Virus record (IMG/VR): IMGVR_UViG_3300030060_003999
Coordinates: 1-64,000 of that record
Source: an uncultured virus (IMG/VR IMGVR_UViG_3300030060_003999)
Taxonomy: Duplodnaviria > Heunggongvirae > Uroviricota > Caudoviricetes
Reading direction: 5' to 3' (one strand)
DNA: 64,000 nucleotides
Of this stretch, positions 18,716 to 28,331 are shown piece after piece. Below the pieces are notes generated by a model. It made no database searches. It saw nothing but the letters and a program-made list of their open reading frames with translations, and was not told the DNA's origin. Position 1 is the stretch's first letter. Each line of letters opens with the position of its first letter. The position numbers and the translations under genes are program-made.

Positions 18716-20308
18716 TCACCCCAAAAGGACATAATCGGTAACTACTACGCAAGAATGTAGATTTCTTGGCTTAATAGTGGAACTAAAAGTTACTGGCCCT
18801 TTATCATCAGGAATAGTAATTTCAGTTGTATCAAGGAAATAATCTTTAAATTCTAAAGTAATACTTTCGCTTGTGTCAGGCTTTGTAAAAGTAAAAGTTA
18901 CACGATTAGCCGTAGTGTTTTCTGTTTCATTAAGCATTTCTTTGAATAACATATCATCAGTTACTACTGCTTCAAAAGTAATTTCATATGAGCGTTGTGC
19001 AGGAATACCCTCTTTCATATCTCTATGACCGCCCATATATCTCTTATCTAGTAAGTTATTGTTAATAGCAATACTTACTGAATTAACTTTCAAGAATTGT
19101 TGCCCAAATGCGCTAAATGTTCCTTGAGAGAAAAAGAATGGCGAAGCATGGTCTGTTCCCGCATTAAAGTTAAATAGATTAGCATTGTCTGTTTGACCTG
19201 CTCTTGAAACATAATCCGATGGTGAAACACTAGCAGACCTGTATAAATCAGTAATACTATCAACTAATCTTGCATTCAAATCCATGTTCATTTTTAATTC
19301 TTCACCTTCGGATGCTTCAATAGTTAATGAATTGACTCGGCAACCTCTTGCGATTCTAACAAAGTTATTAGATTCATCAAGACTTGAAGTTGAATCAGTC
19401 GTTAAACTTGCGGGGTCTTTAGCCATTGATTGTTCAAGGCTGAATGAAGGAAGTTGGTCAGTATTAAGTTCTTTAATTGTGTATTGAATATTTTTCGGTC
19501 TTCCGTCAGTATCAAAGTCCACAGTTTGATTATTTGCATTAGTTTCAGGGAAAATAGTAAAATCAACAGGAGGAACAATAGTTGTTCCGCCTTTTACTGT
19601 TCTATAAAAGTGTGGGCCAGTTTCAGTAACTATTGCCACACCATCAGTTGAATTTGCATTTGTTCCTTCAATATAGATTGCATCTGCTGTTCCAGTTGGA
19701 GGTGCATTTCCCGCAGGATAAGTAATTGTTTGATGTGTTTTCCTACCAAAAGTAATAGCGTCCATAGCACCAAAAGCGTAATAAAGCCATGAACCTGTAT
19801 TTGCGACTAAAGCAAGAGAACCGTTATCAGCAGTTCTAATTCCTTTATATTGGAAAGAGAAGTTTCTTGTTCCACCAAGACCAAGATTCATCTGTTTAAT
19901 TTCTTGACTTAGATTAGGGAAAGTTACAGATTCCATCAAACCTAACCAATTATCAGCCAATAAACATTGTCTACCACTTACTTCAGGATGAGGTGAAGGA
20001 GAACCATAAGCCCTTAATAGAGCATGAGTATGACCACTTCCAGAATAAGTAGTTGAAAGAGTAATAGTCCCTGTTGTATTTGAACCAACAGAATGACTTG
20101 AAATTAATGTTCCTGCATTATAAATATCAATAGTGCTTCCAATATAAATATTCGGAACTAACTTAAAAACATCTGAAAATGCCGTATCAGGTGTTAATAC
20201 AGTTGTTGTTATTCCGCCACCCGTTCCATCAACAGGAATAAATATATCCTGTTCTGGAATAAATGTCGTGCTTGCTCCGCTTCCTAAAAATATTTCGTTA
20301 TTTACCAT
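18716..20308 (-). CDS. major tail tube protein
   Basis: LPSFSLEQ, ARGCRVNSLTIEA and INNNL..RY..G motifs; position in the operon. No sheath gene was seen, so the tail is siphovirus-like. Confidence 0.75.
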   Translation of the reverse strand: MVNNEIFLGSGASTTFIPEQDIFIPVDGTGGGITTTVLTPDTAFSDVFKLVPNIYIGSTIDIYNAGTLISSHSVGSNTTGTITLSTTYSGSGHTHALLRAYGSPSPHPEVSGRQCLLADNWLGLMESVTFPNLSQEIKQMNLGLGGTRNFSFQYKGIRTADNGSLALVANTGSWLYYAFGAMDAITFGRKTHQTITYPAGNAPPTGTADAIYIEGTNANSTDGVAIVTETGPHFYRTVKGGTTIVPPVDFTIFPETNANNQTVDFDTDGRPKNIQYTIKELNTDQLPSFSLEQSMAKDPASLTTDSTSSLDESNNFVRIARGCRVNSLTIEASEGEELKMNMDLNARLVDSITDLYRSASVSPSDYVSRAGQTDNANLFNFNAGTDHASPFFFSQGTFSAFGQQFLKVNSVSIAINNNLLDKRYMGGHRDMKEGIPAQRSYEITFEAVVTDDMLFKEMLNETENTTANRVTFTFTKPDTSESITLEFKDYFLDTTEITIPDDKGPVTFSSTIKPRNLHSCVVVTDYVLLG

Positions 20309-20334
20309 GCTAAAACTCCCCTTTCCTTACTTAC

Positions 20335-20850
20335 TTACGAGGGAATACTTAATGCAAATCTTTTTGCTTCTATTGTGACTTTATATCCGAAAAGCCTCTT
20401 TGCTCGGTCATTACTTTCGCTTCTTGCTCCTAAAATTAATTGTCTAAATTTAGAACCATCACTAGCAGTATAGCCATGCCTTTTGCTTTCAAGAGTCCTA
20501 CGCAGTATCAGGTATATAGCCCTTAGCCTATCCATGCCCTGTGAGGCATCTTCTCCGCCTCTTTCATCATGTAATACTCGTATGTGTAGGGTAAATGTGT
20601 AGGTTTCATTCCTATAATCGTAAGAAGCAGAAGGATATTCAATTGACTGCGAATCTTCAAATACTACTATTGTTGCAGGTGTTCTACTTAAATCAACACG
20701 CTTTCCTTTATTAACTGCCATTGTTCTAATATCAATAACATCAGGAGTGACTGCGTGAGTAGCACTAATTGTTCCATCTGTGACTAAAGCCGTAGCATTA
20801 GAAGACCAATTATTTGTAATCAAATCTATGAGTAAAGTGACTTCATCAAT
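20335..20850 (-). CDS. probable tail terminator / completion protein
   Basis: Upstream of the tail tube gene. The track start is 20823 (TTG), but RBS spacing suggests an ATT start at 20850. Confidence 0.55.
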   Translation of the reverse strand: MDEVTLLIDLITNNWSSNATALVTDGTISATHAVTPDVIDIRTMAVNKGKRVDLSRTPATIVVFEDSQSIEYPSASYDYRNETYTFTLHIRVLHDERGGEDASQGMDRLRAIYLILRRTLESKRHGYTASDGSKFRQLILGARSESNDRAKRLFGYKVTIEAKRFALSIPS

Positions 20851-21050
20851 AGTAATACCTCCTCATTAATCTCTTTTTCAATATATCTTGAATATGCTTC
20901 AGTAGCGTTTTTAATAACTTCTTCATCACTAAAAGAAACATCATATCCTAATACTTCTGATAATTCTTTCATAGCCAATTGTCTTTCTTTTTCAATTTTT
21001 ATTAATTCATGGAATTTAGATAAATCAACTTTAATTGCCATAAAAATCAA
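20826..21050 (-). CDS. hypothetical protein (neck region)
   Basis: ORF tightly packed within the late operon. Confidence 0.55.
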   Translation of the reverse strand: MIFMAIKVDLSKFHELIKIEKERQLAMKELSEVLGYDVSFSDEEVIKNATEAYSRYIEKEINEEVLLLMKSLYS

Positions 21051-22357
21051 TCCAAGAAATAAACCAAATCGCCTTTGCCTTTTAAAATATCCATAGCCTC
21101 TTTACGAAGAATATCATACTTTTCTTTTGCAGTAATATTTCCGCCTGTTTCTGCAATCAAAACACTTTGGTCATCCATTCTTATAATTTCAGATGCAACT
21201 AATTTAGTAGTTGCTTCGTGAATAGCAGACGGAACTCTATTGTCTCCCGCAATATAAGAAACAATAATTGAGTTATTAGTATGGTATGGATAATCTCTCA
21301 AAAAGAAGATTCTACCTTCTTCATTTATTGTCCAATAAGAACCAAGTCTTTTCAAGTCTTCTTTATCTGTAAATGCAGTCAAATTACAAACAGTAGGAAT
21401 AGAAGCGTCAGTAGTGAATATTAAATCATTTGTCCCAGTAGCAGAAGCAGGTGCGCTTAATACAACATTTGTTGCATCTGTAATAGAAGCGATAGTAATT
21501 GTTCCTGTAATACCTGTTCCTGTAATTGTCATACCTACGGCTAATTTAGTTGAATCAGCCACAGTAAGAGCAGTAGAACTGTTTATTGTTGAACATGACT
21601 GTTTTATTGTTGCCTTGAGAACACAATCCGAGCCGTCATCGCTCAAAAGTAGGGATGAGATGTTAATTTGCTTGCCATTTGACTTGTCCTTTGAGGCATA
21701 GAAAAAGTCTGAAATAGAGAGATTAGAAGAAGTGAGGGTTTTTACTGCACTTGCACCAGTATATTGTGAAGTTGAAGGAAATTGCTCATTTATTAATGAA
21801 ACAATTTCAGCCGAAGTAGTCTTTACTCCAAAGGTATTACAGAACTCATCGTTCCCTAGTTGTGCAATATCGTTTTCCGATAATAGAGTAAAAGATACTC
21901 CGCTATCTGGTAGTTGTAAAATAATAGAATTCAAATCTCTAAAGTTATCTTGTAAAAGAACTTTAGCCTGTGCTGATGCAATTTCTTCATAGTGGCTTCC
22001 TTGCCACAATTGAAGTGAAACAATCTTACGAACTTTCATTTGTTTTAATTGAATGAAACCAACATAACCACCATAATAATGATTATTTGGGCCTCTTGTA
22101 AATTCAAAGTTATGGTATTCATCTTTTGTAATAATAGGTCTAAAGGAACGCTTTACTTTATCATCCACGATACCTTCTACTCTTTTAATTATAGAACCCA
22201 CTTGAGCAGTAGTAGGATAAGTAGTGCCACTAAAAGCAGGTATTTGTAATAAATTAGCGACTTCTGTTGCATTTGTATAGAAACCACGACCCTGAGTATA
22301 ATTAGGGTTGATTTCTGTAAAATCACTTGGAGAAATTGTTGTTCCCATTTTACTCAC
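21047..22357 (-). CDS. head-tail adaptor/connector protein with inserted beta-domains
   Basis: N-terminal YTNATEVANLL and C-terminal VSYIAGDNRVPSAIHEATTKLVA resemble gp6/gp15-like adaptors; Thr/Gly-rich insert. Confidence 0.65.
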   Translation of the reverse strand: MSKMGTTISPSDFTEINPNYTQGRGFYTNATEVANLLQIPAFSGTTYPTTAQVGSIIKRVEGIVDDKVKRSFRPIITKDEYHNFEFTRGPNNHYYGGYVGFIQLKQMKVRKIVSLQLWQGSHYEEIASAQAKVLLQDNFRDLNSIILQLPDSGVSFTLLSENDIAQLGNDEFCNTFGVKTTSAEIVSLINEQFPSTSQYTGASAVKTLTSSNLSISDFFYASKDKSNGKQINISSLLLSDDGSDCVLKATIKQSCSTINSSTALTVADSTKLAVGMTITGTGITGTITIASITDATNVVLSAPASATGTNDLIFTTDASIPTVCNLTAFTDKEDLKRLGSYWTINEEGRIFFLRDYPYHTNNSIIVSYIAGDNRVPSAIHEATTKLVASEIIRMDDQSVLIAETGGNITAKEKYDILRKEAMDILKGKGDLVYFLD

Positions 22358-24656
22358 CTATCTTTTCTTTTAATACTGATAGGTTTTCTTTTAAGTCTTC
22401 AATGACATTTACCATTTCATCATTTCTTCTTCTTTGCATAGGACTTAAAATGAACTCCCCATGATTGTATATTACCATTTCAATATGCATAATAACAGGG
22501 TCAAAAGCATCTGATATATTAGCATAATAAACTAAAGGATTTATTTGAACCCCTGCACCAGTTACTACGGCTAATGCTTTATCAGTAACTTTTCCAAACT
22601 TATCAGGCTTATCAATAGTAGCCCCCCTTCTCGGTGGTCTTGCTTCTCTTTTACTGCGTAATTCTCTAGCCCTTAATTCTTTAGCATCTGCTTCATCTTC
22701 GGGGTCTAATTCTCTTTCATCATAAACAGGCTCATAAGCACCAAAAGATTCTCTATTTGATTTAAACCTTTTAGCACTAATAACAACTTTTCTTGCAGGT
22801 AAATAATCATCTTCGTTGCCTTTCATGGCTTGAAGTCTATCATATTCTCCTTTGTCAATATATTGCCCAGTAAATCTACTGCCTTCTTGTAATTCAGGGT
22901 TATATCTTCGTTCAAAAGAATATAATTTTTCAGCACTCGCTTTGTCGCTTTTAATCTGCGCTTCGGATTTTTTCTTTCCTTTTGCGTCTACTTCACTTAA
23001 AAATAACTGTCTTCTTTCTTCAATAGACTCTTTCAATTCTTCCGCTTCTTCAGGGCTTAAATTTTTATCTGTTTCTATTATAGATTTTCCATCAGCGTTT
23101 CTTTTTGGTGTATAATATTCTATTTTTTCTGCTTTTTCAGCATAAGCATCTTCGGGAGCATCCTTTAATCTATATTCACGAATTGTTTTATGTGTTGTTG
23201 AAATTTCATTACTAGGAGTTCTTGCTACACTATCTAAACCAATAACATAATAATTAGGAATATATGCCATCTTTTCATCATTTTGTAAAGACATATACGC
23301 ACTATTACTAATTTTCTCCTTTGTATCTTTATTAGTCCATGCTTCTCCTTCAAGTTTCATCATGTCTTCAACTGATGCTTGTCTATATTTACCATCCACT
23401 AATATTTCAATAGATTCAACAAATTGTTCATTTCCTTCTTCATCTCTACCTGCTTTCCAAGTTCTATCACCTTCAAGAAACTTTTCTACTTTACGAGTTA
23501 ATGAATTATTTACAGTAGTTTCTGTCTTAAAATTAACTTCTCCTTTGTAAGTGAGAGCCTTCATAGGGTCAGAAAGCATTGGAGAAAGTTTTTCTTCAAT
23601 TGTTTTTAACATAGGTAAAAATGCTTCCTCAATAGCCTTTAAATTTGATTCGGGAAGACTAACTCTATTATCTCCTTTGGTGGCTTTTTCTCCAACAACT
23701 TGAACTAATCCTTTGTTTTTTAATGTAAAAACATTAAATTCTTGCATAAGTTCTGTTCTATCTGCAAGACCAGCAATACCCAGTTCTATAAATTCTTGAT
23801 GGTCTAATTCTTCTTCTGAACCAGTAGAAGTGAAATCAACTACATTGTTATTGTTATCGGTTTTTTCTTTAACAGGAATAACAGATATTTTAGCACTATC
23901 TTTTAGAGCCTTAATAACCTTTTCAGGTATATCAATTCTCATAGTCTTTGTTATTCTAGGAGGAAAAGATTTAGATTTAGAAGGTCTAAAGTCAGGAGTT
24001 TGACCGCTTTCATCAATTAAATGATTCTTTTTAGATTCAATAATATCTTCTTCGTCATATGGTGATTGAAATACAATGTTTTCTTTACCATAACTAAATC
24101 TAGTCGGTTGCATAGCAGGGTCTTTGTCGGGATTAAATGGAACTTTATCAAATGTTAAAGTAGCATTTACTCCATAGTCTTCATCAGTAAAAGCATCTTT
24201 AACATATTTCTCTATGTCAAATTCAGGTAAGTTCTCAAATGATTGCCCAAACTTTAATGCACCAAATCCTCTTAGTCTGTTTAAAGCATCGGAATCAGAT
24301 AAATCACTTACTTTTAACCCCTCAAGAAAATCAATATTCTCTTGGTTAGTAATTACTTTATTTCTTACTTTACTAGTTGTAAAGTTCTTAATTGCTCCTT
24401 CTCCATCATCATGTCCTCTAATTAGAGGCATGAGTTCATCATTACTAATGTCCTCAAAAATATCTTGAAAAGCATCAAGTAAAGGTTGAGTGTCTTTATT
24501 GTTTTGTTCAAGGTCTTCTAATGCTAACCCTAAATAAGAAATAAATTCAACATTTTCTTCTTGGATAAATTTTAGCATCTGTTCTTTGATTCTATCAGCA
24601 CTAGATGGTAATTCAATTGTTAAATTACCCCAAAGAAAAGAAACCAACCAATTCAC
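22350..24656 (-). CDS. large acidic hypothetical protein
   Basis: 768-aa ORF with GAGGTGA at its start. Confidence 0.6.
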   Translation of the reverse strand: MNWLVSFLWGNLTIELPSSADRIKEQMLKFIQEENVEFISYLGLALEDLEQNNKDTQPLLDAFQDIFEDISNDELMPLIRGHDDGEGAIKNFTTSKVRNKVITNQENIDFLEGLKVSDLSDSDALNRLRGFGALKFGQSFENLPEFDIEKYVKDAFTDEDYGVNATLTFDKVPFNPDKDPAMQPTRFSYGKENIVFQSPYDEEDIIESKKNHLIDESGQTPDFRPSKSKSFPPRITKTMRIDIPEKVIKALKDSAKISVIPVKEKTDNNNNVVDFTSTGSEEELDHQEFIELGIAGLADRTELMQEFNVFTLKNKGLVQVVGEKATKGDNRVSLPESNLKAIEEAFLPMLKTIEEKLSPMLSDPMKALTYKGEVNFKTETTVNNSLTRKVEKFLEGDRTWKAGRDEEGNEQFVESIEILVDGKYRQASVEDMMKLEGEAWTNKDTKEKISNSAYMSLQNDEKMAYIPNYYVIGLDSVARTPSNEISTTHKTIREYRLKDAPEDAYAEKAEKIEYYTPKRNADGKSIIETDKNLSPEEAEELKESIEERRQLFLSEVDAKGKKKSEAQIKSDKASAEKLYSFERRYNPELQEGSRFTGQYIDKGEYDRLQAMKGNEDDYLPARKVVISAKRFKSNRESFGAYEPVYDERELDPEDEADAKELRARELRSKREARPPRRGATIDKPDKFGKVTDKALAVVTGAGVQINPLVYYANISDAFDPVIMHIEMVIYNHGEFILSPMQRRRNDEMVNVIEDLKENLSVLKEKIGE

Positions 24657-24657
24657 C

Positions 24658-25296
24658 TCACATTAACCATTTTGCCCATGCAGCAGTTTTTTGTATTGCT
24701 GAACCTAAATGTAATCCGCTTTGCGGTGGTTCATAACTCATTTGTCCTTGAGCATCAATCCAATAAGGACGGCCATATCCGTCTGTTCCGCTTGGAGGAA
24801 CAGGATAACCTGAACCATTATTCATAGCACCCTGCATTTGGTTATATTGTTGAGTTTGACCCGTTATTCCAGCAATCGCCATACCTGCCGATGGTGCGCC
24901 ACCAAACCCTTGAGATTCTAAGTATTGTTGCTTCGCCATCTTTCGTTGATTAACGACTTCTGTATTGATTGCTGATTGTAATAGGTTTTGTAAGTCTAAA
25001 TCAATGTTTTCTTGAGTAATTCTTTCGTATTCTCTCAAAGCATCTCTATTGATAGTAATTGATGAACCGCTAGTATCAAAAGAAAGTTTTGCGAGCATTT
25101 GTGAAACAACACGCTCAATAACATCTTCCATTAGTTTTTCAAGGGCGGCTAAAAAGTGTTCACCATGATATTGAAAAAATTCTTCTACATGATTATCTTG
25201 TAAAGATAATAAGTTGTTCATTGATTTAAAATTTTGGTCGCCCTGTTGTTGAACTGCACCTAAAACTGTTCCGTTACTTGTTCCTAATATTCCCAT
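24658..25296 (-). CDS. hypothetical protein (helical core, Gln/Gly/Pro-rich tail, amphipathic C-terminus)
   Basis: ORF track; GGAGG RBS; ends ...SAIQKTAAWAKWLM. Confidence 0.65.
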   Translation of the reverse strand: MGILGTSNGTVLGAVQQQGDQNFKSMNNLLSLQDNHVEEFFQYHGEHFLAALEKLMEDVIERVVSQMLAKLSFDTSGSSITINRDALREYERITQENIDLDLQNLLQSAINTEVVNQRKMAKQQYLESQGFGGAPSAGMAIAGITGQTQQYNQMQGAMNNGSGYPVPPSGTDGYGRPYWIDAQGQMSYEPPQSGLHLGSAIQKTAAWAKWLM

Positions 25297-25298
25297 GA

Positions 25299-25967
25299 TT
25301 ATTCCTCCTTAATTTGTTTTTCTTCGGGTTCATCATTAACGGCTTCTATTTGGTGCTTTAACATCAAATGTCCTAATCTGTCAGTCATTATGTTAATTTC
25401 AGTTATTAGTTGAATGACTTCTTGGGTTGCCGTCCTGTTATCTGCTAAAGCGGGTGGCTTAATAAACCAACCGCTTGCAGTAAGAGCAATTACATCTTTT
25501 TTGGTTAATTCAGTAATTGGCCCAGTTTTCATCATCTTTGGCATTTTAGGAACAAATCGTTTAAACTCTAGTCCATGTTTATCAGCCAGTATTTGTTGTT
25601 GAAGCATCTCTAATTGCATATACATAGCGGAATGTTTAGGACAGTATGTTCCCAAAAGAGGTCTACCCTTAATTACACCATCTAAAGGAATTGGCGGTCT
25701 TAAGTAATCTCCTTGTTCCCAAACATGATGCATTCCACAAACAACACATCTATCTTTTAGATTGAATTTCTTACTATATTTAATTCCTAAAAACTTCTTA
25801 GGTTCAGCAGTTAAAACTTTAGTAAGTTCTTTGAGTTGTTTTTTTGGTTTAATTTCAGTAAACTTATATTCTACAACAGCCCCACTAGCCCTAGCCTGTT
25901 GTAATGGCGTTAAAGTGGGGTTAAACTGTTGCGGTGCGTTCTGTCCTATTAATTGGTTTTGATACAT
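25299..25967 (-). CDS. hypothetical zinc-finger protein
   Basis: CVVCG and YCPKH metal-binding pairs; follows the GTPase gene. Confidence 0.65.
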   Translation of the reverse strand: MYQNQLIGQNAPQQFNPTLTPLQQARASGAVVEYKFTEIKPKKQLKELTKVLTAEPKKFLGIKYSKKFNLKDRCVVCGMHHVWEQGDYLRPPIPLDGVIKGRPLLGTYCPKHSAMYMQLEMLQQQILADKHGLEFKRFVPKMPKMMKTGPITELTKKDVIALTASGWFIKPPALADNRTATQEVIQLITEINIMTDRLGHLMLKHQIEAVNDEPEEKQIKEE

Positions 25968-25976
25968 CTTTATTCC

Positions 25977-26645
25977 TCAGTAATCTTTTATCATTGTCAT
26001 TACGCCTCTATATACCATTTCGGGGTCTGACTTTGCTGAAACTATATATTTGAAGCATGGTATTCCTTTATCATTTAATTGCCTCATTCCGTATGTAAAG
26101 GGGTCAAAGATTTCATGTTTATCTATGGTTTGTCCTTCTTCTAATGGATATTTTTCTCCCCATATATCATATTTATTAGCCCATATTCCTACTGCCATCG
26201 GATAATCTGGTTCTCTTTTCTTTCTCCCAGTAGGCCAAAAATCTGAACATATTGTATCAACTAAAAATTTCCATGCTACTTGATGGTCTAAGTTTGAATT
26301 ATTGTCTAAATGCCTATGGTCTATCATAAAAATAATATATTTTACTTTACGCTTTTGCATATCTTTTACCCATTCTTTCCAGTAAATTGCTTCTCCTCCA
26401 ATATCAGCACTTTTTATTGTATGTGAATCTCCATCTATTTTAACATTTTTTCTTGAGGCTCTATGTAATCCAACCGTTCTTTCTTGTATTGTCGGCACTT
26501 CTCCCCTTGTTCTTAATTGATGACTTAATGTTGTTTTACCAACCATTGTTGCTCCATAAACTCCAAAATTAATTGCATGAACTTTCTTCCAAAAACCAAT
26601 TACTGCTTCGCCAACTAATATGGCGAATCCTGTCATTAATGACAT
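25977..26645 (-). CDS. small Ras-superfamily GTPase (Arf/Sar-like)
   Basis: G1 GATMVGKT, G2 RTVG, G3 DIGG, G4 NKYD, G5 SAK; N-terminal hydrophobic/amphipathic helix. Confidence 0.9.
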   Translation of the reverse strand: MSLMTGFAILVGEAVIGFWKKVHAINFGVYGATMVGKTTLSHQLRTRGEVPTIQERTVGLHRASRKNVKIDGDSHTIKSADIGGEAIYWKEWVKDMQKRKVKYIIFMIDHRHLDNNSNLDHQVAWKFLVDTICSDFWPTGRKKREPDYPMAVGIWANKYDIWGEKYPLEEGQTIDKHEIFDPFTYGMRQLNDKGIPCFKYIVSAKSDPEMVYRGVMTMIKDY

Positions 26646-26864
26646 TTAATGCCCCCATATTCCTTTCACCGCATCAATAATCCATCCCATGATGTTTATA
26701 TCAAAAACACCCATGATGTTTCCGATAAGAAACATTGAAAGCGTGGAGAATGTTCCCCAAAACCACGCTCTCATCTTTAAAAAAAATACATCAGCAGAAT
26801 GCGCTCTTGATTGATTATATGCGTAATCCGAGTCGGAAAAACCCATTAAATCACTAAGAACCAT
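26646..26864 (-). CDS. small membrane protein
   Basis: Hydrophobic C-terminal half (WFWGTFSTLSMFLIGNIMG..IMGWIIDAVKGIW). Confidence 0.7.
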   Translation of the reverse strand: MVLSDLMGFSDSDYAYNQSRAHSADVFFLKMRAWFWGTFSTLSMFLIGNIMGVFDINIMGWIIDAVKGIWGH

Positions 26865-26877
26865 TTAACCTACCCCT

Positions 26878-27273
26878 TTACTGGAGTGTGGCTAAAAATT
26901 CACTTCCAACGGAATTAACTTCTTCTTCTTGTTGTAATTGAGGTTGATAGAAAGGTGTTGCACCACCAAACTGTCTTGCGCTTTCACGCATTTTTTGTCT
27001 TTGTTGCTCATCTCTTGCTTTTCTTTCCCAATAAGCAGCAATCTTTCTATCTAGTAGCCACATCTCAATTCTATCATTAAGTGCTAAATCAAAAATTGCT
27101 TTCATTACCATGATTGCACCAATTGTTCCTAAGCCAAATAAGAAGGCATGAGCAAATGAACCATAAGGGAAATTAGTTCCAAATTGAGCATAAGCCCAAA
27201 CATTTGTTCCACTTAATGCCCCAACAAAAAGAATTGTCATAACTAAACGGGTATCTGTATTTAATGCTGCCAT
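26878..27273 (-). CDS. two-TM membrane protein with a coiled C-terminus
   Basis: Two hydrophobic segments followed by a charged, Gln-rich tail. Confidence 0.7.
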   Translation of the reverse strand: MAALNTDTRLVMTILFVGALSGTNVWAYAQFGTNFPYGSFAHAFLFGLGTIGAIMVMKAIFDLALNDRIEMWLLDRKIAAYWERKARDEQQRQKMRESARQFGGATPFYQPQLQQEEEVNSVGSEFLATLQ

Positions 27274-27282
27274 ATAATCACC

Positions 27283-27564
27283 TTAAGCGAAATGAATGTA
27301 AGTATTAGCATCGCCAGTAGTTTCTTCATAAAAGATTCCATTAGAACAAATAACTCCATGCATGTCAAATTCAAGATTTTGGACTTGTCCACCATCTAAG
27401 TCAATACGGGCTAATTCTTTACCTGTATTGTCTGTTCCATCAAATACTTTAATTTGACACGGTGCGCCACTATCGTTATTAACATGAATTGAAATCAATT
27501 TACATTGACCGTTAATTACTTGGGTATCATCAGTTAATAGTCCACTACTTCTGCAACTTGCCAT
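27283..27564 (-). CDS. small beta-sandwich virion protein
   Basis: LISIHV..IKVFDG..GVICSNGI pattern seen in small phage structural proteins; downstream of the capsid gene. Confidence 0.55.
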   Translation of the reverse strand: MASCRSSGLLTDDTQVINGQCKLISIHVNNDSGAPCQIKVFDGTDNTGKELARIDLDGGQVQNLEFDMHGVICSNGIFYEETTGDANTYIHFA

Positions 27565-27619
27565 ACTTCATCTCTCCGTCAAATTACGATTGAGGGCGCA
27601 CCCTCTTAATCGTATCGGT

Positions 27620-27946
27620 TCATTCGTCAGTCAAAGAAGATTTCTTTGCTTTTGGAGCAGTTTTCTTCTTTGGTGTTGATTTCTTAGGTAGAAGCAATTC
27701 AACTAATTCCTTGTGAGTAGTAATCTTTTTCTTCAATTCACCTGAGATAGTAGGGAATAATTCGGGGTCTATTGACTCCAATTCTTTTCTATCTTTTTCT
27801 TCAAAGGTAAACATTAGTTTTGAATCACTACATCGCAAAAGAGCCTGTAAAGGCTCAATTTCCGATTGAATATCTCTTTCAACACGAACTCCCCTAATAA
27901 CTAGAGGCTCAAAGCCTCCTAATTCGGACAATTGAACTAAAGCCAA
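27620..27946 (-). CDS. hypothetical protein with a Lys-rich tail
   Basis: ORF track; GAGGTGG RBS. Confidence 0.6.
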   Translation of the reverse strand: MALVQLSELGGFEPLVIRGVRVERDIQSEIEPLQALLRCSDSKLMFTFEEKDRKELESIDPELFPTISGELKKKITTHKELVELLLPKKSTPKKKTAPKAKKSSLTDE

Positions 27947-27955
27947 AAGACCACC

Positions 27956-28321
27956 TCAAAGGTTGCCCCAAACTCTAACTCTTAATTCACCGATGTTATC
28001 AGTATTGCTCGCTGCGGGAACATTGATTTGGAATCGGTCTTTATTTCCTGTTTGGATATATTGACCTCCATTTGCTGCTCCTGAAAGAGTTTCTGCGCTA
28101 ATGACTGAAACAGAATAACCGCCAGCAATTGTATCAACAGAAACACCTGTGATTACAACCGCAGTTACGCTAGTTAATCCTAAACTTGATGCAAGAATTT
28201 CTTCTCCATTTGCCGTATAACTGGTAATGTCAATTACTGCATCTACGCAGTATTCATCACCCATTACTTTTGGTTTGGTAAAACCTTTATGGTCTGCCAA
28301 TAATGTAACTGTATGTGCCAA
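27956..28321 (-). CDS. probable capsid decoration / minor head protein
   Basis: Directly downstream of the major capsid gene; beta-rich. Confidence 0.55.
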   Translation of the reverse strand: MAHTVTLLADHKGFTKPKVMGDEYCVDAVIDITSYTANGEEILASSLGLTSVTAVVITGVSVDTIAGGYSVSVISAETLSGAANGGQYIQTGNKDRFQINVPAASNTDNIGELRVRVWGNL

Positions 28322-28331
28322 TTAAAACACC

